A stretch of 62,580 nucleotides of DNA, the filler included. It is 9 parts of 9 records of this genome, joined end to end, with 100 filler letters (N's around TTAATTAATTAA, not from the genome) between each part and the next. Parts side by side here need not be neighbours in the genome. Positions count along the whole stretch, not along the records: positions 35,747 to 43,814 come from SRR31156797_34720; positions 43,915 to 49,106 come from SRR31156797_34766; positions 49,207 to 56,660 come from SRR31156797_34796; 6 more parts are not named here. One strand, written 5' to 3'. A program made the translations under genes and the position numbers. This document shows positions 40,325-50,218 of this stretch, piece by piece. Within the stretch, counting starts at the first letter, position 1; each line of letters opens with the position of its first letter. The notes beneath the pieces were generated by a model that saw nothing but the letters and a program-made list of their open reading frames with translations, was not told the DNA's origin and ran no database searches.

Positions 40325-40720
40325 ATGGAAAGTAATATCTTACCAAGAAATAAAAGGTTAATAGAACGAGCAAGAAATATGCGTAATAACGCGACTAAAC
40401 AAGAAAATCATCTTTGGTATGATTTTCTTAAGAATCAGAAACATCAATTTTACCGACAACGTATCGTTGGCGCATATATTGTTGATTTTTATTGTCCTAC
40501 TCTAAAGCTCGTCATTGAGGTTGACGGGATGCACCACTATGAAAATGAGGCGCTGGAGTATGATAAACAGCGCACGGAATTTTTAGAAAGTTTGGGTTTA
40601 GTGGTCTTGCGTCTTAATAACTTTGATATAGACCATAACTTTAAGTACGTATGTCAAATGATAACGCAGACAATCCTCAGTCGCCTGGCGGCGACAGCTC
40701 CTTTGCCAAAGGAGCCTTAG
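40325..40720 (+). CDS. DUF559 (Vsr-like/YcjD) endonuclease-domain protein
   Basis: ARNMRNNAT..E..LW, FYRQ..YIVDFYC..LVIEVDG.HH, D..RT..L..LG..VLR. Confidence 0.92.
   Translation: MESNILPRNKRLIERARNMRNNATKQENHLWYDFLKNQKHQFYRQRIVGAYIVDFYCPTLKLVIEVDGMHHYENEALEYDKQRTEFLESLGLVVLRLNNFDIDHNFKYVCQMITQTILSRLAATAPLPKEP
40671..40718 (-). repeat. REP-like structured repeat, right (inverted) copy
   Basis: Reverse complement AAGGCTCCTTTGGCAAAGGAGCTGTC-GCCGCCAGGC-GACTGAGGATTG. Confidence 0.9.
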
Positions 40721-40798
40721 TCCAAACAAATTTTATGTAACCTCTGCACAGCATCCTCCTTCTTGGCGTATCATTTAAAAGAAAGAGAGAGAATGGAT

Positions 40799-42025
40799 AT
40801 GGCAGCGCTGAAATATTGGGTGTGGCTGGCATCTCTTCCCGGCCTGCGGGCCGCCGCGGCTTGCCGGCTTCTGGACTGGTTTGGATCACCAGAACAGATT
40901 TTTTTCGCTGACGATGAGGTTTATAAGGAAATTCCGGGGCTTTTAAAGCAGGAGCTTACGGCTTTGTCTGAAAAAAATCTGTATGAGGCCAAACGGATTC
41001 TGGATGACTGCGAGACGTACGGCTTTCAGATCATGACACTGCACGACGGGGCTTACCCCTCCCGGCTGCGAAATATTCCCGATCCGCCAACCGTGCTGTA
41101 TGTCAAGGGCCGGCTGCCGGTTATGGACGAGGAGGCCGCAGTGGCTGTCGTCGGGACGCGCCGGTGTACGCCGTACGGCCTGAAGGCTGCCGAGAGGATT
41201 GGATACGAGCTCGCGCGCCACGGCTGCGTTGTCGTTTCGGGGCTGGCGCGGGGGATTGATACGGCTGCCGCCAAGGGTGCGCTGCGCGCGGGCGGCCGCG
41301 TTGTCGGGGTTATAGGCTCAGGGCTTGACATTATTTATCCGCCGGAAAACAAGCTGCTTTTTGACGATGTCACAACACTCGGCGCGATTATCAGCGAATA
41401 CGCGCCCGGCTCGCCGGCACTGTCTGCCCATTTTCCCCAGCGCAACAGGATTATGAGCGGTGTCAGCGTTGGGGTAACGGTTGTTGAAGCGCCGCTGAAA
41501 AGCGGGGCGCTGATTACGGCCTCCCGCGCGCTCGATCAGGGGCGGGACGTTTTCGCACTGCCGGGCAACGTCGACACCCCGGCCTGCAAGGGCTCCAATA
41601 TGCTGTTGAGAGAAGGCGCTGTTCTTGTCACGACGGGGCGCGAAATCGCCGAGGAATACGCCGCCTTATTTCCGGATAAAATTGTATCCATGCGGCAAAA
41701 AATATCGCTTGACCCGGCGATGGAAAAACGCCTGATCGACGATTATGATGCGGCTAAACGGCAGAAAACGGCAAAAAAAGAGATTGACAATCAAAAAACC
41801 GTGGAATATATTGACCTAAGTAAACTCCGGCAGGAGCTTGACGACGACGCGTATAATATACTCATGTCGATCGGACCCCGGACGGTGCATGTCGATGAGA
41901 TCATTACTCAAAGCGGTTTGGGGGCGTCCGTTGTGCTGCCGGCCCTGACGCTGTTAGAGCTCGACGGCTACGTTGAGCAGACGGCAGGCAAACATTTCAG
42001 GCTCTTATACGAGCAGCCGGGCTGA
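40799..42025 (+). CDS. dprA: DNA processing protein DprA
   Basis: YPSRLRNIPDPP, VAVVGTR, VSGLARGID, FPQRNRIMSG, SGALITA; start may be 40793. Confidence 0.96.
   Translation: MAALKYWVWLASLPGLRAAAACRLLDWFGSPEQIFFADDEVYKEIPGLLKQELTALSEKNLYEAKRILDDCETYGFQIMTLHDGAYPSRLRNIPDPPTVLYVKGRLPVMDEEAAVAVVGTRRCTPYGLKAAERIGYELARHGCVVVSGLARGIDTAAAKGALRAGGRVVGVIGSGLDIIYPPENKLLFDDVTTLGAIISEYAPGSPALSAHFPQRNRIMSGVSVGVTVVEAPLKSGALITASRALDQGRDVFALPGNVDTPACKGSNMLLREGAVLVTTGREIAEEYAALFPDKIVSMRQKISLDPAMEKRLIDDYDAAKRQKTAKKEIDNQKTVEYIDLSKLRQELDDDAYNILMSIGPRTVHVDEIITQSGLGASVVLPALTLLELDGYVEQTAGKHFRLLYEQPG
41784..41812 (+). promoter_or_regulatory. Putative sigmaA promoter inside dprA, upstream of topA
   Basis: TTGACA-N17-TATATT. 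Confidence 0.65.
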
Positions 42026-42120
42026 AAACACCCGCCGGCCATACCGCCGGCTTTCATATAGAGCGGTTCACCCGATAATACCGCTGAAACTTACATATTT
42101 CGAAATGAGGACTTTACCGG

Positions 42121-43814
42121 ATGGCAAAAGCAAATACCAACCTCGTGATCGTTGAATCACCGGCAAAAGCAAAAACAATCGGCAAATACCTTGGGACTGG
42201 TTACAAAGTAACGGCGTCCATGGGGCATCTGCGCGATCTGCCGAAAAGCCAGCTGGGTGTCGATCTGGAAAACGGATTTACGCCGGACTACAAGCCGGTT
42301 AAGGGACGCGAGGAAACAATCAACGAACTGAAAAAAGCTGCGGAGTCGAGTGACAAAGTTTATCTCGCAACTGACCCGGACCGCGAAGGCGAGGCTATCT
42401 CCTGGCATTTAAAGGAGCTTTTAAACCTCGAAGATGACCGGGCGTTTCGTGTGACGTTCAATGAAATCACCAAAAAGGTTGTGCAGGAAAGCATCGAGCA
42501 CCCGCGCGCAATAGACCAAGACCTTGTCAACGCCCAGCAGGCCCGACGCATTTTAGACCGAATCGTTGGCTATAAGCTCAGCCCGCTTTTATGGCGCAAG
42601 ATCAAACGCGGTCTGTCGGCCGGGCGCGTACAGTCTGTGGCGACACGCATGGTTACCGACAAGGAGGAGAGCATCCGCGCGTTTGTCCCGGAGGAGTATT
42701 GGCTTCTGGAGGCGGATATTTCGCGCACGGTGAAGGACGGACGCTTTAAGGCCGGTTTTCATGGTAAAGCAGGCAAGAAAATGGAGCTGCACAGTGAAGA
42801 GGACGTCGACACAGTTGTCACGGCTGTCCAAAACGCGCCGTTCACCGTCGAGAGCGTCAAGCGTACCGATAAAAAACGGTCGCCGTCTCCGCCATTTATC
42901 ACCTCAACGCTGCAGCAGGAAGCGTCGCGAAAGCTGGGCATGACGCCGCGCCGCGCGATGTCCATTGCACAGCAGCTGTACGAAGGCGTTGACATCAAGG
43001 GTGAGGGGACCGTCGGTCTTATCACCTACATGAGAACCGATTCGCTGCGTATCTCGGAGGAGGCCCTTGCCGACGCGCGGACACTCATTACCGGGCAATA
43101 CGGCGATAAGTTTTATCCCGGCAGCCCGACGCGTTATAAAACAAAAAACTCGGCGCAGGATGCTCATGAGGCGATACGGCCCTCGAGTGTTTTCACGACG
43201 CCGGATAAGATCAAGGACAGCATCACGAAAGACCAGTACCGGCTTTACAAAATGATTTGGAGCCGCTTTATTGCCAGCCAGATGACGAACGCGATTTACG
43301 ACAGCGTCACAGTCGATATCGGTTCGGCCGGGTACACGTTCAGGACGAGCCACACCGTCATCAAATTTGCCGGCTTTACGACCGTTTATGTGGAAGGCCG
43401 CGACGACGATAAAGAGGAAGATTATTCGCCGCTGCCGGATCTTGAGGTCGGCGAGCTTTTAAAGCTGGAGGACATCAAGAAGGAACAGAAATTTACACAG
43501 CCGCCCTCCCGGTATACGGAAGCCACGCTCATCAAGGCCATGGAGGAAACAGGCGTCGGGCGTCCAAGCACCTATGCGCCAACCATTTCCACCATACTGG
43601 ACCGGGAATACGTCGTCAAGGAAGGGCGCTATCTTCGCCCGACGATGCTCGGCGAGGTCGTCACGACGCTTATGAAGGAGCGCTTTGGCGATATTGTCGA
43701 CCTTAAATTTACGGCGCGTATGGAGGAAAGCCTCGACAGCGTCGAAAAAGGCGTTAAGAACTGGAAGAGCCTGCTGTCTGATTTTTATGGTGAATTCGAC
43801 ACATCGCTGCAAAA
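42121..43814 (+). CDS. topA: DNA topoisomerase I, 3'-truncated
   Basis: VIVESPAKAKTI, LATDPDREGE, SAGRVQS, ITYMRTDS, QDAHEAIRP, GRPSTY. Confidence 0.98.
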
Positions 43815-43914
43815 NNNNNNNNNNNNNNNNNNNNNNNNNNNNNNNNNNNNNNNNNNNNTTAATTAATTAANNNNNNNNNNNNNNNNNNNNNNNNNNNNNN
43901 NNNNNNNNNNNNNN

Positions 43915-45459
43915 CATAATGGAGTGAAGGTCTCGCTGAAGACGGCAGTCAACTACGAAGGCGTGAACTTCATTACGGTGCCGACAATTATTGCATCGAG
44001 GCCGTTTGGAGAAGAATTCCCGGAGTTTGCGGAAGGGCAGAAGCGGGGTGGGTATTACCTCGTCATCGACATCAAGGGGAGAGACGCGAAGATCGAAGCC
44101 AGGCTGGCGGGAGACGCATCCCGGAAGATGTATCCGGATCAGTTTCGTACGTTTACAAAGGATATGGAGCCCCGGTGGTTTTCCAGCCTGCCGGACCTTC
44201 CGGCATCGACCGGCTTGAGCAACGGGGATTTCGAGAAAGGGTTGGATGGCTGGCTGAGCTGCTATCGGTATCTTTCGGATGAGAATCCCGGGTATGCCTG
44301 GAATACCGGGACTCCGCCGGTTGAGCGGGATGGTAAGGCACTTCGGCTTTTTACCCGCGAGAAGGGGCAGGACTGGGCGGATGATGAATATACCCAGTTG
44401 TATCAGATCGTTTCCGTATCTCCGGATGAATCCCCTGTTCTGAGAGTGGACTACCTTTTGTCTGAACCACCGAAAGAAGGTGGAGGATACATCCGCCTTG
44501 TCGGGATGAGTGAAGATCAATTCAAGTGTTTGATGATGCTTCGGTGGGGAGGCAATGAAGAGAAATCGCATCACCTGCCCCGGGCTGTCGGGTATCATCT
44601 GAATGGAAGGCAGCAGAGCTGGTTGTATCTGCAGCATCTCGGAGAGCAGAAAAAAGGGTTCTACTGGCGAATCCCGGAAAAGCCGGGCGTATGGAACTCC
44701 GTGACGGTGAATCCATGTGAGCTGTATGATGCTGTTCATGGCAGTGGTGCCTGGAAAACGTTGGGAGTGCAAAAGATTCAGGTTGCGCTTGGGACATGGG
44801 CGAACAAGGATAAAGGCGCGCGGAATGAAGCATGGTTTGATAATGTGTCTCTTGCGCCGGGAGACACTTCCTCATCCGTAAATGGAAAGGCATTGGCGAT
44901 CACGGATGATACGTTCCGATGCGGATTCGGGCAGAAGATAGAAGATGCGGAAATCGCACATCGCAAACAGCGAGAGAAGATTGCGAAGATGGCTGGCCTG
45001 CCGCGGCAGATTCAAAACGGCAACGCAGAACAGGCTCAAGCGGAGGGAAACTGGCCGTTGTACTGGTATCATAGCGCGGATTATGTACAGTGGTCCGAAG
45101 AGGCTTCGGAAGGTTCGCGTTGCCTGAGGCTTGAAGACAACAGTAAGGAGGAGATGAAAAACGGAGACTGGAGGACACCATTGATAGGTGTTACACCGGA
45201 TTCCCGCTATCGGCTGCTCTGGTCATGGAAGTATCAGGACGCCCGGAATCTAGAAGTTGCCGTGAGGCTGTACGATGCCAATGGAGTGATTGTCCGGGTG
45301 ATTCCGAAACAAGCAGAAGGCAGTTGCGATGCCTTTCGGCCGGAAGAACTGGCCTTCGACGTTCCTGGGAAAATTCGTGCTCTTGATGTTCTCGTTCGTA
45401 CGGTTGATGATGGGACAGGTACGGCATGGGTGGATGAGTTTCGGCTTGAAGAGAAGTAA
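43915..45459 (+). CDS. Hypothetical protein with carbohydrate-binding (CBM4/9-like) domains, 5'-truncated
   Basis: LSNGDFE..GW, WFDNVSL, IQNGNAE, AWVDEFRL; frame open to contig edge. Confidence 0.65.
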   Translation, partial: HNGVKVSLKTAVNYEGVNFITVPTIIASRPFGEEFPEFAEGQKRGGYYLVIDIKGRDAKIEARLAGDASRKMYPDQFRTFTKDMEPRWFSSLPDLPASTGLSNGDFEKGLDGWLSCYRYLSDENPGYAWNTGTPPVERDGKALRLFTREKGQDWADDEYTQLYQIVSVSPDESPVLRVDYLLSEPPKEGGGYIRLVGMSEDQFKCLMMLRWGGNEEKSHHLPRAVGYHLNGRQQSWLYLQHLGEQKKGFYWRIPEKPGVWNSVTVNPCELYDAVHGSGAWKTLGVQKIQVALGTWANKDKGARNEAWFDNVSLAPGDTSSSVNGKALAITDDTFRCGFGQKIEDAEIAHRKQREKIAKMAGLPRQIQNGNAEQAQAEGNWPLYWYHSADYVQWSEEASEGSRCLRLEDNSKEEMKNGDWRTPLIGVTPDSRYRLLWSWKYQDARNLEVAVRLYDANGVIVRVIPKQAEGSCDAFRPEELAFDVPGKIRALDVLVRTVDDGTGTAWVDEFRLEEK

Positions 45460-45485
45460 CTCGTGTATTGCCGATGGAGACAACA

Positions 45486-46442
45486 ATGACTTCGCGTGAA
45501 CGATTTATTGCTGCTTTGGATCGCAAACCGATTACGGGACGTGTGCCTCACTTCGAGCTTGTGTTCTACCTGACGATGGAAGCATTCGGTCGAGTGCATC
45601 CGACGCATCGGGCTTTCCATCAATGGGGGCAGATGAGTGCGGCCGAGCAGAAGCTGCATATCGAGGATATTGCGGATGTCTATATTCAGTCAGCGAAGCG
45701 GTATGAGCACTCGGCAATCTTTGTGCATGGGTATCCCGGTGGCGGGGAAGAGGATGAGTTTCGTCTGCTGGATGAGATTCGCAGGCAATCGGGAGACGAG
45801 TACTTCCTGTTGATGCATGGGGATTCGACCTACGCGATCCCGACTGGTGAGGATATGGGGGAGTTCTGTTGCCGGTTGTATGGCGATCCGGATGCAACGT
45901 GTGCGGAGGCGAAGCGGCTGGTTGATGAGTATCTCGCCAAGGGGGAACGCTATCGCAAGCATGGTGTGCTGGATGGATGGGGATTGTGCTCGGATTACTG
46001 TTTCAATACGGGGCCCTTTTTCAGTCCGGATATGTTTGATCTGTTCGTGACGCCTTATCTCGCGGAGCTCTGCAAGGGATATCGTGAGCAGGGGTATTAT
46101 GTCATCAAGCATACGGATGGGAATATCATGCCGATCCTGGATCGACTGGTAGATGCGGAGCCGCATGCAATTCACTCGATCGATCCGCAGGGGGGCGTGG
46201 ATATTGCCGAGGTCAAGAAGATGGTGGGGGATCGGGTCTGCCTGATTGGCGGGGTGAACTGCGGCCTGCTGGATACGGGGACTGCAGAAGAGTGTGCGGA
46301 ATCAGCTCGTTACGCCTTGAAGCATGGGATGCCGGGAGGAGGGTATATCTTTTCAACGAGCAACTGCGTGTATACCGGGATGCAGCTGGATCGGTATGAG
46401 CTGATTCTCGACATCTGGCGGAAAGAAGGTAATTACGAGTAA
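45486..46442 (+). CDS. Uroporphyrinogen decarboxylase family (MtaA/CmuA-like) protein
   Basis: MTSRERF, KHTDGNIMP, CLIGGV, GGYIFSTSN. Confidence 0.88.
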   Translation: MTSRERFIAALDRKPITGRVPHFELVFYLTMEAFGRVHPTHRAFHQWGQMSAAEQKLHIEDIADVYIQSAKRYEHSAIFVHGYPGGGEEDEFRLLDEIRRQSGDEYFLLMHGDSTYAIPTGEDMGEFCCRLYGDPDATCAEAKRLVDEYLAKGERYRKHGVLDGWGLCSDYCFNTGPFFSPDMFDLFVTPYLAELCKGYREQGYYVIKHTDGNIMPILDRLVDAEPHAIHSIDPQGGVDIAEVKKMVGDRVCLIGGVNCGLLDTGTAEECAESARYALKHGMPGGGYIFSTSNCVYTGMQLDRYELILDIWRKEGNYE

Positions 46443-47120
46443 TCAAGGCAGCTTCGCGCGGGCGACAAGTTTGTCCGCCTGGCGGGTTGGTTCGGGGATG
46501 CGGTAGCGGGGGGAGCACTGCATGATCAGGTCGATGGCGGTGGGTAGATCGATTTTGTGACCAATGCTGGCATAGACAGGTCTGGTGCGATAGCGGGTTC
46601 GTACGACAGCTCCGATTGTCTCGCTTTCATCGCATAACGGGGTGATCGCTCCCTTCTCTTCTTCGGGTTCCTTGTGTGTGCCGACCAGGCGGCTTTTGGC
46701 GCAGCCGAGGCTGGGTTTATCCAGGAACAAACCAAGATGGCATGCCAGGCCCAGGCGGCGGGGATGGGCGAGGCCCTGCCCGTCGAACATCAGGGCATCC
46801 GGTTCGTGCTTCAGCTTTTCGAACGCGGCAATCAGGGCGGGCGCTTCCCGGAATGACAGCATGCCGGGCACATATGGGAACGTAACCGGGGTGCGAGCAA
46901 CGCAGGTTTCGATGATACATTGGTCCTCGATGTCCCAGAGGATGACTCCGCCGATGCATTCCTTGCCATCCCGGGAGAAAGCAAGGTCGGCTCCTGCAAT
47001 CGTTCGACAGGAGAATCCCCGGGGGGTTGTCGCGGAGACCTGGGACGCCAGGGCTTTCTGGATCCTGATCGCTTCCGTCGGGCTGACGTCCCATTTGTGC
47101 AGTGCTGGGGGCAGTTTCAT
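46443..47120 (-). CDS. nfi: Endonuclease V
   Basis: AGADLAF, FPYVPGMLSFRE, DGQGLAHPRRLGLACH, RIPEPTRQAD. Confidence 0.95.
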   Translation of the reverse strand: MKLPPALHKWDVSPTEAIRIQKALASQVSATTPRGFSCRTIAGADLAFSRDGKECIGGVILWDIEDQCIIETCVARTPVTFPYVPGMLSFREAPALIAAFEKLKHEPDALMFDGQGLAHPRRLGLACHLGLFLDKPSLGCAKSRLVGTHKEPEEEKGAITPLCDESETIGAVVRTRYRTRPVYASIGHKIDLPTAIDLIMQCSPRYRIPEPTRQADKLVARAKLP

Positions 47121-47124
47121 CTTC

Positions 47125-48270
47125 TTACCGGTTTCCTCCGGTCTGAACACGGTAGGGCAGCAGTTCTTCGCGGACGGGGCAGGTGACGACGCCCGGGCGG
47201 TCGCCGTCCGTGCAGGCGTTGCAGGAGATGCAGATTGCCCGGTGCTGACCCGCCTTGAGCTGGTTGAACAGGTCGGGCTCGCAGATAAAGGGTCGCGAGG
47301 CGGAGACGAAATCGAACCGCTGCGATTCGATCATTCGCTCCATGGCTTCGACGGAGCGGAAGCCTCCACAAACTCCCAGGGGTGTGCTGAAGGGGACTGC
47401 TTTGCGGATTTCTCTGAATGCGTCCATGAAATAGCCTTCTTCGTCAACGGCAGGATTGACCTTGCGGGATGGGGCGTGGACCAGGTCGGCGTCGACCATC
47501 CATGCGCTGAGTTCGATTCCGTCTATCCCTGCGTCTGCGAGTGCCCGGCAGTGTTGCCCCGCTTCCTCCGGAGTAAGCCCACTTTCGAGGCAATCGGTTG
47601 CGTTGATCTTGATCAGCACCGGGAAATCGAAGCCGACTTCGGTGCGGACATTGTGGTAGATTTCCAGGGCGAAGCGGCGACGGTTCTCGGGAGTTCCTCC
47701 CCAGATGTCGGTCCTGCGATTGGTATGCGGGGATAGGAACTGCGAGATCAGGTAGCCGTGAGCCATGTGGAGCTGGACTGCATCGAATCCTGCTTCTTTC
47801 ACGCGACCGGCTGCCTGTGCAAAGGAAGTGATGAGTTCCCGGATTCCGGTTTCTGTGAGTTCCTGAGGTGTAATGCCTGTTCGTGTATTGGTGATCGTCG
47901 AAGGTGCCAGAGGTTCAGGGACGCATTCAGGACGGCACTGGCGGCCACCATGTACGATCTGCATGGCGATCTTTGCCTGTGGGCTGACGCCATGGACGGC
48001 ATCGACGATGGTTTTCCAGTGCGAGACCTGAACGTCGTCGCAGATTGCGTTCTGGTTCGGACCGGACTGGCCGCTGCGATCCACGAAGGCATACCCGGTC
48101 ATGATGAGCGGACATCCGCCTTCAGCAAGAGAGACATAGATATCTCGCAGCTCAGGAGTTGGAATGCCCTCCGCATCGCTTCCACCTTCGGAGGTGGCGG
48201 AACGGATGAGGCGCCCCGGGATTTCCAGGGAGCCGAACGAAATTGGATGGAAGACTCTCGGTTTGGCCAT
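47125..48270 (-). CDS. NADH:flavin oxidoreductase (Old Yellow Enzyme family)
   Basis: QIVHGGRQ, AGFDAVQLHMAHGYLISQFLSP..NRRTD.WGG, CISCNAC. Confidence 0.93.
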   Translation of the reverse strand: MAKPRVFHPISFGSLEIPGRLIRSATSEGGSDAEGIPTPELRDIYVSLAEGGCPLIMTGYAFVDRSGQSGPNQNAICDDVQVSHWKTIVDAVHGVSPQAKIAMQIVHGGRQCRPECVPEPLAPSTITNTRTGITPQELTETGIRELITSFAQAAGRVKEAGFDAVQLHMAHGYLISQFLSPHTNRRTDIWGGTPENRRRFALEIYHNVRTEVGFDFPVLIKINATDCLESGLTPEEAGQHCRALADAGIDGIELSAWMVDADLVHAPSRKVNPAVDEEGYFMDAFREIRKAVPFSTPLGVCGGFRSVEAMERMIESQRFDFVSASRPFICEPDLFNQLKAGQHRAICISCNACTDGDRPGVVTCPVREELLPYRVQTGGNR

Positions 48271-49104
48271 TTACTTGTTCCCGCTGTGAAAATCGCGTCC
48301 GAAGACTTCTGCCGTGAATGTGAAGAGCTGAGTTTTTTCTTTCTTCCAATCGTTCGGTTTGAGCCCGGCTTTTCTGCAGGTCTGTTCGAGGAATTTTTCA
48401 CGGGTCCAGCCGCGCTCGTAGGCTACCTGAGGCAGGAGAACTCCCGTGCGGAAGCCTTGGATAATGTACAGGCCATCACGTCCTATGACGATGTCGTGGA
48501 TGTCCGAAATCTCCTTCATCGGGGTGAGGTAGCTGATTTCGTAGTGGAGGTTCGGGATATCTGCTTGTGTGACTGGATTCCTCGTGAAGCGAGGATCGCG
48601 AAGAGCGTTATACGTGTTTTTGATGACGGATTGGAACAGTGGTTCACGGGCGATCATTGTGCCGATGCATCCGCGGAGGTTTCCATCGGTGGTGAGTGTC
48701 ACGAAGCATGCGCCGTCTGCCAGTAGTCTGTCCGGAAAGCTTGTGGTGTCCGGTGCGGGGGCAGGCTCGTTCAGAATTTTGTGGTTGAGAGATGTCTGCA
48801 CCAGACCGAGGAGGGTGCTGCGTTCTTGTTCTGTCAGGGTGTATGGACGCGGCGTGAAGACGAAAGACTGGTAGGTGACGCAGTTGGTCCAGTCGCCTGC
48901 CAGTTCGCTGGAGAAGGAAAGCTTGACGCGGGTGGCTTGTGCACCGCTATGCATGGCGATGGTTTTGAGCAGGAGTTTGACCGGGCCGCGGCCGCATATG
49001 GTGTCTTTGGTTTTCTCGAGATGTTCGAGGAAGGTGTCGTAATCGTCGTTTTCGATTGGTCTGGCGGCGTCATTGGCGAGTTTTTTCAGGTTTGCCTGAA
49101 TGTC
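48271..49104 (-). CDS. Fused MEMO1-AMMECR1 (AmmeMemoRadiSam B+A) protein, 5'-truncated
   Basis: Frame open to contig edge with MEMO motif TICGRGP..CVTY, then ACFVTL..LRGCIG, DPRF, LLPQV. Confidence 0.85.
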   Translation of the reverse strand, partial: DIQANLKKLANDAARPIENDDYDTFLEHLEKTKDTICGRGPVKLLLKTIAMHSGAQATRVKLSFSSELAGDWTNCVTYQSFVFTPRPYTLTEQERSTLLGLVQTSLNHKILNEPAPAPDTTSFPDRLLADGACFVTLTTDGNLRGCIGTMIAREPLFQSVIKNTYNALRDPRFTRNPVTQADIPNLHYEISYLTPMKEISDIHDIVIGRDGLYIIQGFRTGVLLPQVAYERGWTREKFLEQTCRKAGLKPNDWKKEKTQLFTFTAEVFGRDFHSGNK

Positions 49105-49208
49105 GTNNNNNNNNNNNNNNNNNNNNNNNNNNNNNNNNNNNNNNNNNNNNTTAATTAATTAANNNNNNNNNNNNNNNNNNNNNNNNNNNNNNNNNNNNNN
49201 NNNNNNAT

Positions 49209-50216
49209 ACAAGAAGTGATAACCCAACAAGAGAAATGCTTGAAAACCTATTTACTCAAGTTGAAAATGGAGCTGGTTGTGTTTGTACACATACTGGTAT
49301 TGCTTCAGTTGCACTTTTATTTGAAACAGTTTTAAAAGCAAATTCTCAAATTCTAGTTGAAGCAGATTGTTATGGTGGAACATTTAGATTACTAAAAGTA
49401 TTTAAAGAAAAATACAATGTAACTGTACACTTTGCAGACTTTACTAAATTTGATGAAATGGAAGAGATTTTAAAGAACAATCCTATTGATTTAGTTCTTT
49501 GTGAAAGCCCTACAAACCCAGGGTTAAAAATCATTGATTTAGAAGAAGTAGCTAAACTATCACATAAATACCATTCGCTTTTTGCAGTTGATAACTCACT
49601 TGCAACATTTATTTCTCAAAAGCCACTAGATTTAGGAGCTGATTTCTCACTATTTTCTACAACTAAATACATCTCTGGACATGGAGCTGTTGTTGCAGGT
49701 GCAATTGTTGCTAAAACTCAAGACTTAGCAGAGCAAATTCACTACTACGCAAATGCAGGTGGAAGAAGTCAAAATCCAATGGATGTATATCTTATCACTT
49801 TAGGTATTCCAACACTTAAAGTTAGAATGAGAGAACATCAAAATTTATCTATTAAAATTGCACAGTTCCTAGAAAATCAAGATTATATTACAAAGGTAAC
49901 GCACCCTGCTTTAGAATCACACCCTCAATATGACTTAGCTCAAAAACAAATGGAGTATATTCCTGGTGTATTCTGTGCTGATTTTGAAAGCCTAGAGCTA
50001 GCAGAGAAGTTTATTGAAAACACTAAAATCTTTGGAGAAAAGTGTTCATTTGGAAGTCCTGATTCAAGAATTGAAATTCCTGCAAAAATTTCACATGCCT
50101 CATTCTCTAAAGAAGAGTTAGAAGCAATTGGAATAGCAGAGGGAACAGTTAGATTCTCAATTGGTTTAGAAAATATTGATGATTTAATTGAAGATATAAA
50201 GCAGGCAGTAAAATAG
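49209..50216 (+). CDS. Cys/Met metabolism PLP enzyme (MetB/MetC family), 5'-truncated
   Basis: TRSDNPTR, YGGT, ESPTNP, STTKYISGH, RFSIGLE. Confidence 0.9.
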   Translation, partial: TRSDNPTREMLENLFTQVENGAGCVCTHTGIASVALLFETVLKANSQILVEADCYGGTFRLLKVFKEKYNVTVHFADFTKFDEMEEILKNNPIDLVLCESPTNPGLKIIDLEEVAKLSHKYHSLFAVDNSLATFISQKPLDLGADFSLFSTTKYISGHGAVVAGAIVAKTQDLAEQIHYYANAGGRSQNPMDVYLITLGIPTLKVRMREHQNLSIKIAQFLENQDYITKVTHPALESHPQYDLAQKQMEYIPGVFCADFESLELAEKFIENTKIFGEKCSFGSPDSRIEIPAKISHASFSKEELEAIGIAEGTVRFSIGLENIDDLIEDIKQAVK

Positions 50217-50218
50217 CA

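Noticed and set aside
40274-40718. Reading the DUF559 flanks as ordinary terminators or classical IS ends
   Set aside because: No U-tracts, a 1-nt loop, the same sequence on both sides, no DDE transposase or target duplication; kept as REP-like instead
46642-48726. 364-aa and 322-aa plus-strand ORFs
   Set aside because: Antisense to nfi, OYE and AMMECR1, which carry clear family motifs
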